NCBI RefSeq assembly: GCF_963853765.1
Contig: NC_088858.1
Location: forward strand, 22,630,001-22,694,000
Source of the DNA: Magallana gigas
Taxonomy: Eukaryota
DNA: 64,000 bases
Direction of reading: 5' to 3'
Numbering within the stretch: position 1 is the stretch's first letter; each line of letters starts with the position of its first letter. This document shows positions 35,384 to 48,410 of this stretch, in pieces. Below the pieces are notes generated by a model, which worked only from the letters and a program-made list of their open reading frames with translations, had not been told where the DNA came from and did not search any database. The translations under genes were made by a program, and so were the position numbers.

Positions 35384-37934
35384 TCAATAAGCTCCTATAA
35401 CATGTGTACAAGAAGCAGAAGCGCTTGCTGAAAGCGAGGCAACTTTTTAAAAAATTGTTACACTACCAGACATAGCGCCCATTGGATCCAAAGGATTTCC
35501 GCCTGGGGGCAGTCCGCCAGGCATCATGGGATTGGAGGCGGTCCCACTGCTACTATCTGCCAATGACAATAATGTTCAAAATATAAGTGGAAACTTTATA
35601 CATCTCTGTATATTTATCTTTATTTTTGAGAATATACAAAATGTACGAACCGCTCGTTCGTCCAGTGACAGATGACGATCCCGTCATAGTGTTCATCATG
35701 TTCATAGGACCGGAAGTCCCTCCTCCGGACCCCCCGGAAGACCCGCCCATCATTGATCCCATTGGATTAAACATGTTGGATCCACCACTTGTACTGCCCC
35801 CGCTGGCTCCACCGTTAACCTGACTGGCACCACTCATCATCCCAGGGGATCCACCCATTAGTGAGCTGGCGTCCATTTTATTGGGGTCACCTCCACCAGC
35901 ACCTTATGGAATTCGTGATCAGTGTATATTCAGTTCAAACATATATATTAAAAATGTTTTTTCATATTGAGCGTTCTTTAATTCGAAAAATTTTGATTTC
36001 CGCATTATTCTGCAATTACCAAGACTCGTTTGAAAAACTGTAGTCACTTTGCTACATATCTATAAATACATATTCTAATCATGTTGGAAAAAATCAATGT
36101 TAATAAGTAAAAAAAAAATTAAAAACGCCCACCTCCAAACATGTTCAGACTTGCGCCCTGTACTGCCATTTGAGTGTTTACTGCTCCAGGATCAAATACT
36201 CCTCCGCTTGCTAAAAAAACAACAACATATTCTTTACAGACTGCTTTAAAAAGACAACAATGTTCAGTCTTTTTTTTAACAATGTTGCACTTACAGCCCG
36301 ACTGGGGTCCCATGAAGTTTTGAACTTTTCCTGCAAGATAACAAAATAGTTTTTTGATTTTTTTTAGCATCATCATGTTAAAAGAACTCGATTGTGGTTG
36401 CCATTTTAAGACTTTATTGATCTCATTTAGAAGAAGATCTATGTATGAAAATCCCAAAATTAAAAAAGTTAAATACGAGTATATGAATTTATCTTTGCAT
36501 GGTATCACATTTATTTTCAAAACTCACGGATCAAAATATCCAAGTTTACAGTGTGTTGCAAGGTTAAAAATGCTTAATAAATACCTAACGTCGGGCTTAA
36601 AGGGTTGAATCCAGATTGTGTGGTCTCGACATTTGTTTTGATGGGATCAAACGACGGCACCGCGGCCCCACCACCGGAAGTCTGTGCTGATCCACTTCCC
36701 GAGCTGCTAGATCCGCCTTGTGTACTTGTAGGAGAGCCAAAAGAGCTTGCCCCTCCTTGTGTCGAACTTGCAGAACCAGTCGGACTGCCAAACGAAGTAG
36801 CACTACCGCTCCCAGAGGTCCCTGTTGAAGATCCCGTTTGACTACCAAAAGAGGAGGCGCTGCCACTTCCAGATGAACTCGTTCCAGATCCACTTGGGCT
36901 TCCAAACGAGGAAGCACTGCTGGTTCCTGTAGAACTTCCAGATGAAGATCCCGAGCCAGACGGACTTCCAAACGCCGACGCCCCACCTCCAGTACTAGAA
37001 CCTCCTTGAGTCATCGTGCCAGCGGATCCTGACTGCTGTGCGGTACCACTGCCGCTTGGCATGGTTCCCCCTCCCATGGACTGCTGTTGCGCGTTCATGC
37101 CCATCCCATTAGTAAACGTTGGAGCATTGCCCCCTGTTCCCTGTCCCGAGTTTGCTGCATTGGGGTCATATCCCCCTGCCATGTTTACTGCACCGTTATT
37201 GGGATTGTAACTCGGCGTTAATGAAGCAGACGACCCAGCCTGACCTCCTCCTCCCATTTGTGACATAGGATTGGTAAACTGAGCACCACCTTGTTGGTTG
37301 GGATTGAAACTGCCTCCAAAAGCAGACGTCCCCGATGTAGAGCTTGATCCACTGGTGCTTCCTGCCTGTTGTCCACTGGAGCCACTCGACTGTTGGGTTG
37401 ATCCTCCGCTACCCAGCTGGTTGGGATTGAAACCACCACCCAATCCGCTGGTGGAAGTCCCTGACGTGCTGCTCAGCTGATTGTTGAGCTTTGTGGGATC
37501 AAATGTTGCCGAGCTCCCGGATGTTTGCGACGAAGGTTGGCTGTTAGTCTGGGATCCCGGATTAAACATATTCATTCCGCTCCCCATACTGCTCATCATT
37601 TGGTTGGGATTAAACGATCCCATATACTGGGAGGTGCTCGAAGTACTACCTCCTCCTCCCCCTCCAAACATCATAGAGTTAGGATCAAAAGTTTGTCTTC
37701 TCGCTGCCGAATTTGCTTAAATCAAAGTACATGTACATTATTGTTAAAACTCTGCTTTGAAAACAAAACAATGAAACATGTTTATATAAACCGATGTCAA
37801 ACATCAGCGGGATTAGTTATGAAATGGATATTAAGAAACTTACCAGAAGCAAGTCTTCGGAATTCCAAAACATACCGGTTCGGTTCTGCTGATATGGAAT
37901 ATATCAATGTAAATAAAAGTACTTTTGGTAGCAT
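35384..37934 (-). CDS. Secreted Gly/Ser/Met-rich FDPN-repeat protein B (~560 aa); last exon uncertain
   Basis: Exons 37934-37844 (MLPKVLLFTLIYSISA signal), 37715-36585 (AARR|QTFDPN...), 36330-36295, 36210-36133, 35902-35651, 35556-35467, and probably 35394-35384 (GAY*). Confidence 0.75.
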
Positions 37935-39830
37935 TTTGCTTTTCTGTTAGTAAATAGGCTACGAGGAATTATAGAAGCGGTCACTCTAAACTCTAAGATA
38001 CATGGTAGATAAGGCATGTTACAGAATCACTTTATACCGTGTTTATAAATATATCGATAAAGTGTTGAGTTTCACGAACTACAAGTAAAGGCATTCTACT
38101 ATTATAGGACATTCTTTATTGATATTGAAATATCGTGAAACAAATATTATGTTAATGAGAATCTGTACAGTATTTAAGGTATATTTTCCAGACGATTTTG
38201 TGACAGTTTCCTCTCCGGAATTCAGCATAAGAAATAATTGCTGCAATTTGTTAAGATTCTGGCCAATATAACTAAAAATAAAGAGAGAGACTTTGTGCAT
38301 TAAAAATGGCAATGTGTAAAATAAACACTTGTTTCAAACCCAATACAATTTCATTTATGTGTTATGTGTATAGTAAGGGAACCAAGATCTGAAGTCGACC
38401 ATCGTCAACACCAATGACCAGGCACGCAAGTATCTTTATTGACCTTGGGTCAACTCTTTAAACATTTGTAGTTTTCATGAATATTAATACATGTAATTCT
38501 ATACCCAACAAGGGGAAATCAACATATTTTAGTTATAATATGATTTATGAAAACAAAGTTAATGCGGACGTTTATATATGCATGCGTAGGCATTAAAACG
38601 AATAGGGGATTTCCTTTAGGAAAGGATGAAGGAGCCAAATGGAAAAGGTCATGAATTATTCATGAGAACGAGAGAAATTCAATGAGTTGACCACCAGTCA
38701 ATAAGTGTGATCGAGACTGACCACTGACCTTTGACAATTGCTGTAGTCTATAGCATGTATGTGCAAAATAAGCTCTAAGGGGATGGACATCAACATACAA
38801 TTTAAAAAATCTCACCAGATGTTTAAATTATGTAGTAGAAATTATATTAAAATCAGTCAGCTAATTAATTCCCTCAAATGATAAAATACAATAATGGTAT
38901 ATACTGATAGTATTCTGATACCTTTTTATCGTATATATAATACTGCGCCATTTTGTTTGATATTGTTTTATCATGTCATATCACTCTTAAGTAATAGTCC
39001 TTGCTCGCGTCACAGATTTCCTTCTGATTTGCTCTATCTTGTCTAGTGAATACAGTTCACCTGTTTCTGTGCTGGTCACAAGAACACGTTCGGTCGAATA
39101 TTTCAATGATAAGTATGGTCTTATCTACTATCAGTATATTCTGCTATCGCGATAGGTGCGACAGATGTTAAGTGGAGGTCATTTGTATACAACCATGGAT
39201 TTTATAAGTCAGTGCGACTTATCAATGTCATGCTTATTTACTAGTATTTAGTATGACTATCTAAACAGCATTTATTCCCGAATCATATTGATAATCCAGG
39301 GAATTAGGAACATTTGTGATTGATTTATCAGATTAAAAAAAATCTTTATTTTTATGATTAGAATACTTGTAATCTTACAAGAACATGTACTCTATTTTTA
39401 AAAGTCTTATCGTTAACCCAAACACTCCATATCTCATTATTTCAACAAAAAATGTTTCAAATGTTATTCTTCAATAGGTAGTTTATTAATCCAGATGCTT
39501 CTTTAATCCAGATTATATCTCAATTAAAATAAAAGCTATCAGAATAACGATCCAATCTAAATTGTTCTTTTAAAAATTGGATTATCATGAAAGGAAACGA
39601 TTTCATGACGTGATTTTTTAAATGATTAATTTGGTATACAACTTTTGGCCTTTTTATTGAAAAATAACAATCAAAATACAATTCAAGCTGTAAAAGGTAC
39701 AATGTGGAAAAGAAAAAACAAATACCGGAAATTAATTGAACCAGTAACCAGCTTGAAGATACAAAGATATAATTTATTTTTCTTTTAAAACACATGGAAA
39801 ATTGTATATCGCTCGCTTATCCTTTTAAAT

Positions 39831-42276
39831 CTATCGCCGCCCAAGAAGATTTTGAGGATTAAAGAAGTTGAACGACAGGGTGTTAACTGCATCAGGATCG
39901 AATCCCCCGGCCGCCGAACCACCAGATCCAAGTTGTGCTTTGGAAGGGTCCAAAAAACTAGATTGGATTTGGTTAACTTTGTTTGGATCAAAAGAAGGCT
40001 GCTGTGCACTTCCACTGGAAGAGGAAGAAGATGATGAAGAGGATGAAGATGAGGACGGACTTCCGCCACTGGTCCCGGAACTACCGCCATTTAAAAATGC
40101 GCTCGGATTTATGAACATATCTGGACTCATCATTTGTGATGATGCACCGGAAGTGCCACTTGAGCTGCCACTGGTTGATGACCCGGATGATGCACTACTT
40201 GAACCAGAAGTTGACGTTTGACGTTTTCTAATACCTGGAATATCGTTAAATGCTTGATAAGTATCATAAAGTACATGAATCAAACTCTGTTACAACGTAA
40301 ATTAGCAGATTTTTAAATTATATGTTATTCGTCGAGACCATGTACTAGTAATTAAGTTTTTTAATGCCATATATTCTTTTGAGAGCAAAATGAAAATTAC
40401 TCTTCTAGTTCTGAAAATAATTACAAATACTCACTTCTTCTCCCGACTTGAGCTTGTGGATTAAAGAAATTGAAAGACATGGTGTTAAACTGATCGGGAT
40501 CGAATCCTCCAGCTGCCCCACCACTTGCTCCAAGCTTTGAGGATGAAGGATCCAGCATGTTGGACTGGATTTTGTTAACGCTGTTGGGATCGAATTTGGG
40601 CGTACTACCACTACTACCACCTGAACCACCACCACCACCGCCTCCTGACATCTGGTTGGGGTTGAAGAAGTTGAACTGCATGGTATTGAGTTGGTCTGGG
40701 TCAAAGCCCCCGGCAGCACCGTTGCTGGCTCCAAGTTTGGAAGAAGATGGATCGAGCATGTTAGCTGTCAGTTTGTTGACACTGTTTGGGTCGTAGCTTG
40801 GAGGACTGCTTCCACCACTGCTGCTGCTACTTCCGCTGCCGCTTGGCCCGGATGGTGAGCTTTGGCGTTTATGAATAACTAAAATATCAGTCATATAACT
40901 ATTTTATCAAAAATGCATCATCATCATCATCATCGTCGTCGTCATCGCTGCACAACGGTCTAGGTTCAAAGATATATTTTCTTACCTCTTTTTCCAACTT
41001 GAGCTTGTGGGTTAAAGAAATTGAAAGACATGGTGTTAAACTGATCGGGATCGAATCCTCCTGCAGCCCCTCCGCTTGCTCCGAGCTTTGAGGATGAAGG
41101 ATCCAGCATGTTTGACTGGATTTTGTTAACGCTGTTGGGATCGAATTTGGGCGTACTACCACTGCTACCACCTGAACCACCACCACCACCACCACCACCG
41201 CCTCCTGACATCTGGTTGGGGTTGAAGAAGTTGAATTGCATGGTATTGAACTGGTCTGGGTCGAAGCCTCCGGCAGCACCGTTGCTGGCTCCAAGTTTGG
41301 AAGAGGATGGATCGAGCATATTAGCTGTCAGTTTGTTGACACTGTTTGGGTCATAGCTTGGAGGGCTGCTTCCACCACTGCTGCTACTTCCACCGCTTGA
41401 AGTCTGTCGTCTTTCTTTAAATTGAAGATGACGAAAATCGATACAATTAAACGAATCAAAGCGTTGTTAACATACAGTATAAAAACTTGAAAACACTAAC
41501 TTCTTCCTGATGGACCACTATTTCCACCATTACTCAAGAGAGCGCTGGGGTTGAAGAAGCTGAAGGCCATGCTGTTAACCTGGTCGGGGTCGAATCCCCC
41601 TCCTCCTCCGCCAGATTGGCCAAGCTGAAGCTTGGAGGGATCTAAGAAGCTAGCATGAATGTTGTTGACCTTGTTAGGGTCGAATGATGGAATTAATGAA
41701 CCACTGCTGCTTGAAGATGGTGATGATGAACCACCACTACTACTGGACCCACCACTCATGGTGCTGCTGGATCCACCACCACTTGGGTTTGAAGGGGAGG
41801 ATCTAAAATATCGTGAATTTCTTTTACATACAAATGATAAATGAAAAAAACCAAATGTAGTGAACTATTTCTTAGATTAAAGAATGTGGATTAAGGTGGG
41901 AAAGATATGTACATACGCACTTGAGCCACTCATGAACTGTGAGGGGTTGAGCAAGAATGATGGTGGCTGCATGTTTTGTGAGAGTTGTTGACTAGAACCG
42001 GATCCGCCACTTGATGTGCTTGTACTTCCGCCAGTTCCGCTACTGCTTGACCCGGAACTAGTGCCACTAGTTCCGGTGCTAGTACTTCCTGTTTGTGTTT
42101 GGCGGACTGTAACATTACGAACAAAATTGGGAAATATCCTCATAGTAAATATATTTATTTTGAATCCTTTAATAACGAATTTTAATACGGGACCGAAATA
42201 GGACCTTACCTCTGAGATATCGAGCATTTCCGCCCGTAGAAATGACTGCCACGACGAGGATGACAGACAGCCACAT
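39831..42276 (-). CDS. Secreted Gly/Ser-rich FDPN-repeat polyprotein D (~611 aa, four modules)
   Basis: Exons 42276-42210 (MWLSVILVVAVISTGGNA signal), 42106-41917, 41802-41501, 41414-40986, 40878-40435, 40234-39831. Junctions read LRVR|QTQ, SGRKRR|QTS, VGKR-VIHKR|QSS and VGRR-SIRKR|QTS. Ends LLGRR*. Confidence 0.88.
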
Positions 42277-42657
42277 AGTACACCTGACTCTGATGGCTGT
42301 GTTTTGTCAGTATTTGTTATTGTTAATTCGATAGTTCGAACCTACAATTCCGTAATGATCACGTAATGATGATAAATTGTGGTCAATCTAACGATTCTAC
42401 TGTTTCAAGAAATAGTACGAGATCTTATCTTCAGTAGCTCACGAGGTTGTGATAAGAGCCACTGTCCAGTTAGGGTGCTGGACAGGTGAACGATAGAACA
42501 CGGTAAATGGTCTGATGTATCTGGTGGTCAGTGGTTATACCAGCCAAGATTTACATTGCCATAGAAATAGGGAATTTTTACAACATTGAAACAATGACGA
42601 ATGTACAGACTTGTCAAAATTTCATGTTTTCTCATTCTTGTGATGGTTAAAGACAAA

Positions 42658-43117
42658 GTTAAATTAATCTGTGTCGTATCAGTTAATTCTTTAGTCTGAC
42701 ACTATGTTTTCCTATTTAACAACTGCTATTCATTTTTAAAATTAAGCTTCAGTAAAAATCATTTGGTCACAAATTTCTTAGAATTTAGCTTGTAAAAACA
42801 ATCAATTGTAAAATAAACTGTAAAAGCAGGAATAGGTTTTGATGATAAAATTTCGTTCTTTATAAATCGAAAATTGATATTGCATGTTAAATTAATCTGT
42901 GTCGTATCAGTTAATTCTTTAGTCTGACACTATGTTTTCCTATTTAACAACTGCTATTCATTTTTAAAATTAAGCTTCAGTAAAAATCATTTGGTCACAA
43001 ATTTCTTAGAATTTAGCTTGTAAAAACAATCAATTGTAAAATAAACTGTAAAAGCAGGAATAGGTTTTGATGATAAAATTTCGTTCTTTATAAATCGAAA
43101 ATTGATATTGCATGTTA
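42658..43117. repeat. 228-bp perfect tandem duplication
   Basis: gttaaattaatctgtgtcgtatcag...attgatattgcat starts at 42658 and again at 42886. Confidence 0.9.
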
Positions 43118-43474
43118 TAAGAAATGTTGTGTTTTAAACAAAAAAAATCAACTACAATATTATAACAATTCACATCACAAACAAAAGTTTATCACGACGA
43201 AAATTCTGCTTCTTCAGTATCTACTATATAGTATATGGAAAACTACTAGTATTTTCTAACATTCACTCACATTTAGTCATTGCCATTGCTTCTGTTTCTC
43301 TGTCGAAATTCTTGACGATGAACAATTTCGATGGGCTTATTTCTTGAAGGATTAAAACATCGGAATGTTTAAAATAAGAAGACAATTATTTCATGTAGTA
43401 TTAATTAAAAATTAAATAATATCACACTCAATAACTCCTAACGTTTTTATATCAGAACAAGAACGCTTTACAAA

Positions 43475-46400
43475 TTAATGATTGTTTAATAACAGCTGAA
43501 ACCACGACTCATTAGTCCCTTCCATTCCTTTGCTATTTTCCAACAACACATTTACACCCTCCAGTAGACCAGATGTGGGGGCTGACTTAAATCGACCCTT
43601 TGTCCGGGGGCTGTCAGATTGAACAATTCCGCCTGGGAGGCTCATTTTGGCGTTATTAACGTTATTAGGATTAAACAAAGTCGACGCCTTGGTTGGCGCA
43701 GCAGTTGTATTGGTCGTCTGGTTGTTATTTGTTTGAGGGACCACTTGGTTGTTTACTCCGATTGGAGCAAAGTGCATGTGAGCATTGTTTACGGAGTCCG
43801 GATTGAATATTGGTATTTCATTCTTGTTTCCGCCACCGAGCAGACCAGGCACGAACCCTGAACCCCCATTAGATGTGGAGCTATTGGTAACGTTATCAGC
43901 CGCAGACGACGGCGCTCCATTAATATTTTGCAAGAAAGACGGTTTAAAATGCATCTGCATATTGTTGATGTGGTTGGGGTTAAACTTGTACGCCAATGCT
44001 TTGTCCGCGTCGTAGCCAGGGTTTTTCTCCAACATCTCGCTTGGATTGAAATGCATTTGCACCTTGTTTACTTCATTCGGATTAAAAACGGCATTGTTGA
44101 CCGATGATGGATCGAAACTGCCACTATATCCCGACATGTCAAATCCCATTCCCATTCCAAAGTGACCTCCTGCACCTGCAGTCTTATTTTCATTTTTTGA
44201 ATTTATCATTGTTTGCATCATTCCTTGATTGATACTATTCGGGTTGAAATTACCGACAAAAGCCGACTCATACCCGGATACGGTACCTGCAGTGAAAGAA
44301 TGGCTGCTATTGTCGTTGTTTTTGGCAAACGGGTTTTGAATCGCCATGATGTTAGTTTTCATAGGATCGTAACCCCCAGTAAAAGCTTGACCCCCAAACG
44401 ACTGGGATTTTCCATCAATTCCTAGCTGAGAGTTGATGTCAAAACTCATCTTTGCGTTGTTCACTTGAGAAGGATTAAATCCAAGATATGCATACTTGTT
44501 TTCTGTAGAGTTCGGGTTCACTTGTTGTTGTTGTTGTGAGTTGTACTGAAATGACCCCATGTTCATCCCTGGCAACGTGCCTGGGTTATACATGATCGGC
44601 TTGTTTATTGCATCAGGATCAAAACCCGAGTAAGATACGACCATCTCCGATGGCGTCGTAGTTTGCATCGTCTGGTCGGTTGAAGATACAGTCGGTGCAA
44701 TGGTCGTGTGGACAGTCACGTTCTTGGCAGAGACATTTGACGAAGAACCATTTTGATCATCGTCTGCTTCCAGTTCTATCAAATCATAAAATGATCGTCT
44801 TTGTTTTGTATTTTGTGCTTCTGTACTTCTGTCTGCACTATTTTGAGTTTGCGTCTTTGAATATTGAGACAAAGGGCCTAAGAAAAGATCGGGACTAAAC
44901 CCCATTGCTGCAGTGTTAAAAGCAGTGTTAAATGGCTTTTGAAATCCAGATTTCTTTGCTCCTTGGTTAGCTTGCGGTTGATTTTGCATCGTATGCTTAC
45001 CGCTACCGGAAAGTCCCATCAGCTGTTGATTAATTGCATTAGCATCGAATTGCGGTTGTTGAGAATTGCCCAACTTGGAAGTAGAAACAGACGCAAACTG
45101 ACCTGGATGGAATGATCCTTGCAAAATGTTCAGTCTATCTGGATCAAAACTAAGTTTTATATTCATATTGGAAAGTTTGGAGTTAGGTAAAATCATACTG
45201 TTCGGGATGAAATTCATTTTCGCAGATAAAGCGGAGTTTTGAATCGCGTTTGACGAAGTCGTTTGTGTTGAGGATTGACTATTCTTTTGATCTAACATGC
45301 TTGACGTCTGGGAATTTGAGGGATTTTGGTTCCCAGCCGGTGCCTGACTAAACTTGTGCATAATTCCCGCATACCCAGTTGGTCTGTTTGCATATCTCGT
45401 CCACTCATCAGCAGATATGAAGTTTTGACCAACGTTGTACTTCGTCGGATTGAAGCCATTTGTACTCGTCCAAGAGCTCATTAAGCGATTGGGGTCAAAA
45501 CGAGATACCTCTGCAGTATTGCTTACTTGATTTTCGTTTGGTAGAATATACTGGGTTTTACCTACATTGCCACCCCCGGATGAACTCATCCCTGCGGATA
45601 ACATGGACATAGGGTTTGTGTTGAGCTGAGCAGAATTGTACGTATTCATAGAATTCCCACTGTGTACTGCTTGGCTTCCAGTGAAACTTGGATTAGAATT
45701 TCCATTATTCTGCTGAAATTTTACTTCATTTGTAAACGTTTGTTTTGCGGGCATGGGTCCTTTGGCTTCATTGGTTAATGAAATTTTATTTCCTGATTTG
45801 TTGATTTCATAACCATTTTGCGATGCCATATTATTATTGTTTTCTGTCATTTGCAAAGTATTAAGGTGTGGAGTTTGTCGACTTGTATCAGTTGCATGGT
45901 TTTCATTAAGGTTAGAATTGCTTTGTTCAAGATAATTTGGTTTCAATCTTGTTTCCATTCCATCGGAACCAATGTTTAAAGGCATTGTCGACTGACTCTC
46001 TTGTTTCTCCCCTACATACGGAAGCACATGTTTTCTGGGAATTGTAACGGTTTTTACCTCTTGAATTTTAGAGACCTCTTCCTTTGAATTGGGCAAGGCT
46101 AACGCCTTGTTTAACAATTCTAGCAGCTCGACACCATTCATATGTTTTAACATTGTTAAAAGTGTAGCCGAATCTTGACCCTCCGCCATCTTAGTAATGG
46201 GTTTTTGATCAGCTTCATTCCTATGTTTGCCTTTATCTGTCATTGAATTAAAATCAGCGCCCCCTCTGATAAAATTCTGAATGGCCGCTTCTGTCGGTAT
46301 TTTTGGTTTCTTGACATAATATTCAGAGGAAAGTTCTTCCAATCCGGGTAGTGGAATGCTCTTGGTTACTGCAAAAATTCAATTACACCCAATATCCATT

Positions 46401-46587
46401 AATCTCTTTGAAGTTAAAAATAGGCATTGCGCGAAAAAAATTTAAATATCAGTTTTTTTCATGAATAGTAAAACAAAATACATGTAACATTTTTTTATGG
46501 AGTAATCCTGTTTAAAAAATCATTACGCCAAATTTTTAACTCACTTGTGACAACAGCGAAAATAACGAAAACTCGAGCGAAATCCAT
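43475..46587 (-). CDS. Large secreted Asn/Gln/Ser-rich FNPN/FDPN-repeat protein E (~978 aa)
   Basis: Exon 46587-46545 (MDFARVFVIFAVVT, phase 1) plus exon 46368-43475. Internal KQRR|SF and many F[DN]P[NSD] motifs. Confidence 0.85.
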
Positions 46588-46935
46588 TGAGTGGAAGAGA
46601 AAATACAGAAAATAAATAGGAATGTTCACATTTGCCGACAGCCGTTGGATAGAGTCATTTTGATGACGATGGGTCGGCTGCCATTATCTGCTGATGATAC
46701 CAAGTTCTGATAAACAGTACATTGGAGCACGCGTTCGTTTTACCACATGGCCTTTATCGTGCCATCACAATATCCGAAAACATACCTTGAGTTTCTATAA
46801 ACAATTGGAAGACATTTAATATGTATTTAGTATATCAAACAGAAGAATGATACAGAAGAATGTTTACTTTCAAAATCTACAATATCCAAAAAGTACTTCT
46901 TTTAAAATGTAAAACTTTTATACGATAAAACTCAA

Positions 46936-47084
46936 NNNNNNNNNNNNNNNNNNNNNNNNNNNNNNNNNNNNNNNNNNNNNNNNNNNNNNNNNNNNNNNNN
47001 NNNNNNNNNNNNNNNNNNNNNNNNNNNNNNNNNNNNNNNNNNNNNNNNNNNNNNNNNNNNNNNNNNNNNNNNNNNNNNNNNNNN
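46936..47084. other. Assembly gap (N run)
   Basis: ~150 N characters. Confidence 0.99.
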
Positions 47085-48410
47085 ACATTTGGTCTCAAAA
47101 CTGATCATCATAGTCTTGTTCCTTTGATCCAATTTAAATTTTGAATATTATTGTTGGAATCGCAAGCTTATTGAAGACAAAATATCATGTTAGAGTTGTT
47201 CGTCTATAGTCAGCGTATAATAGAGGAGTGAATGTGCGAGTCATATTTTAAACTAGATTGAATAAATTATATTCCCTATTTGAATTTTAATAAAAGTGTT
47301 TTGATTTAGATATATGATATAAAAACACCACACTGTTGTTTTGATCTCATCCTTGGTATTTATTTGTGAAACACTTTACAGAAACAAGAAATATCGAACA
47401 ATAACTGAGGTATAGTGACTCATTATTAACATATTGTTTGTTAAATAGGACTAAAAATATGTATGAAATCAAATACGGACGTTCCTCCGACCACTTTTCT
47501 AGTAAAAGGAAAATTTATTGGCATCAAACCAAAGCCAATCGAATATTCTCCTAACCCTTCTATTGTAGAATTGCATACAAAAAATTGAATTCTCCCCTTG
47601 TTGCCAAGCGCGGATCATCAGATCAAATTCGACCGCGCTGCACATCTCCTTTGATCTTATGATCCGCGCCTGGTAACTCTTTGAAGATGTTAGACTTAAA
47701 GTCTAAAGTATGTGTTTGTTTAAGTCTTAAAATAGTTTTAAATTTCATTTTTTTTAATTTTAAATTTTTCCTTCTGGATAAATTTTTGGCCATTTCATAA
47801 GTGCATTGCACGGGACATGCTAATAGCCACAAAAATTCTGAACGATTATTCACGCAAACCACAGGAGATAGTTTTTAGCATTAAGTTTTCATATATTTAT
47901 GATAATCCTCTTAATATTCATATTAATAGTATTGTAAAATGTTTAATTTTTAATTTGAGTAGACTTTATTTCATTTTAATTAAATTTACATGCATTTGAA
48001 TAACAAGTGACCGGAAAAATGACCACAGTTTATGCACAAAATAGAAAACAACATCTTTTTATGATATGAACCGATTTTAATTTTATTTCATGTATAAAGT
48101 TCATGAAAGGGTCGACTAGAATGAACATAAAAAAGTGGTCAGAAAATACCGGTTCTAGCTTAGACTCTTTTTGATCATGGACGTGTGTGAAATAATTAGT
48201 GTCCGTTAAACTGTCAAAAACACAACAAACTTCTTTAGCTTGCAGCGGATAAATCAGTCATTTACACTTCCAAATGTCTGAAAATCCGGAAAATACCGGA
48301 AACATGGCTATAGGGGCATGTAACTTTGACAATGACTATGACCGGCACATAGGCGTTATAAATAAATAGAAATGATAAGGTTGCGCTCCCAAACCAAGCG
48401 CGATTGTGAT

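Noticed and set aside
36597-41844. Plus-strand Pro/Leu-rich and alternative-frame minus-strand ORFs overlapping genes B and D
   Set aside because: These are shadows of the Gly/Ser codon repeats. Only one frame joins a signal peptide through valid splice sites.
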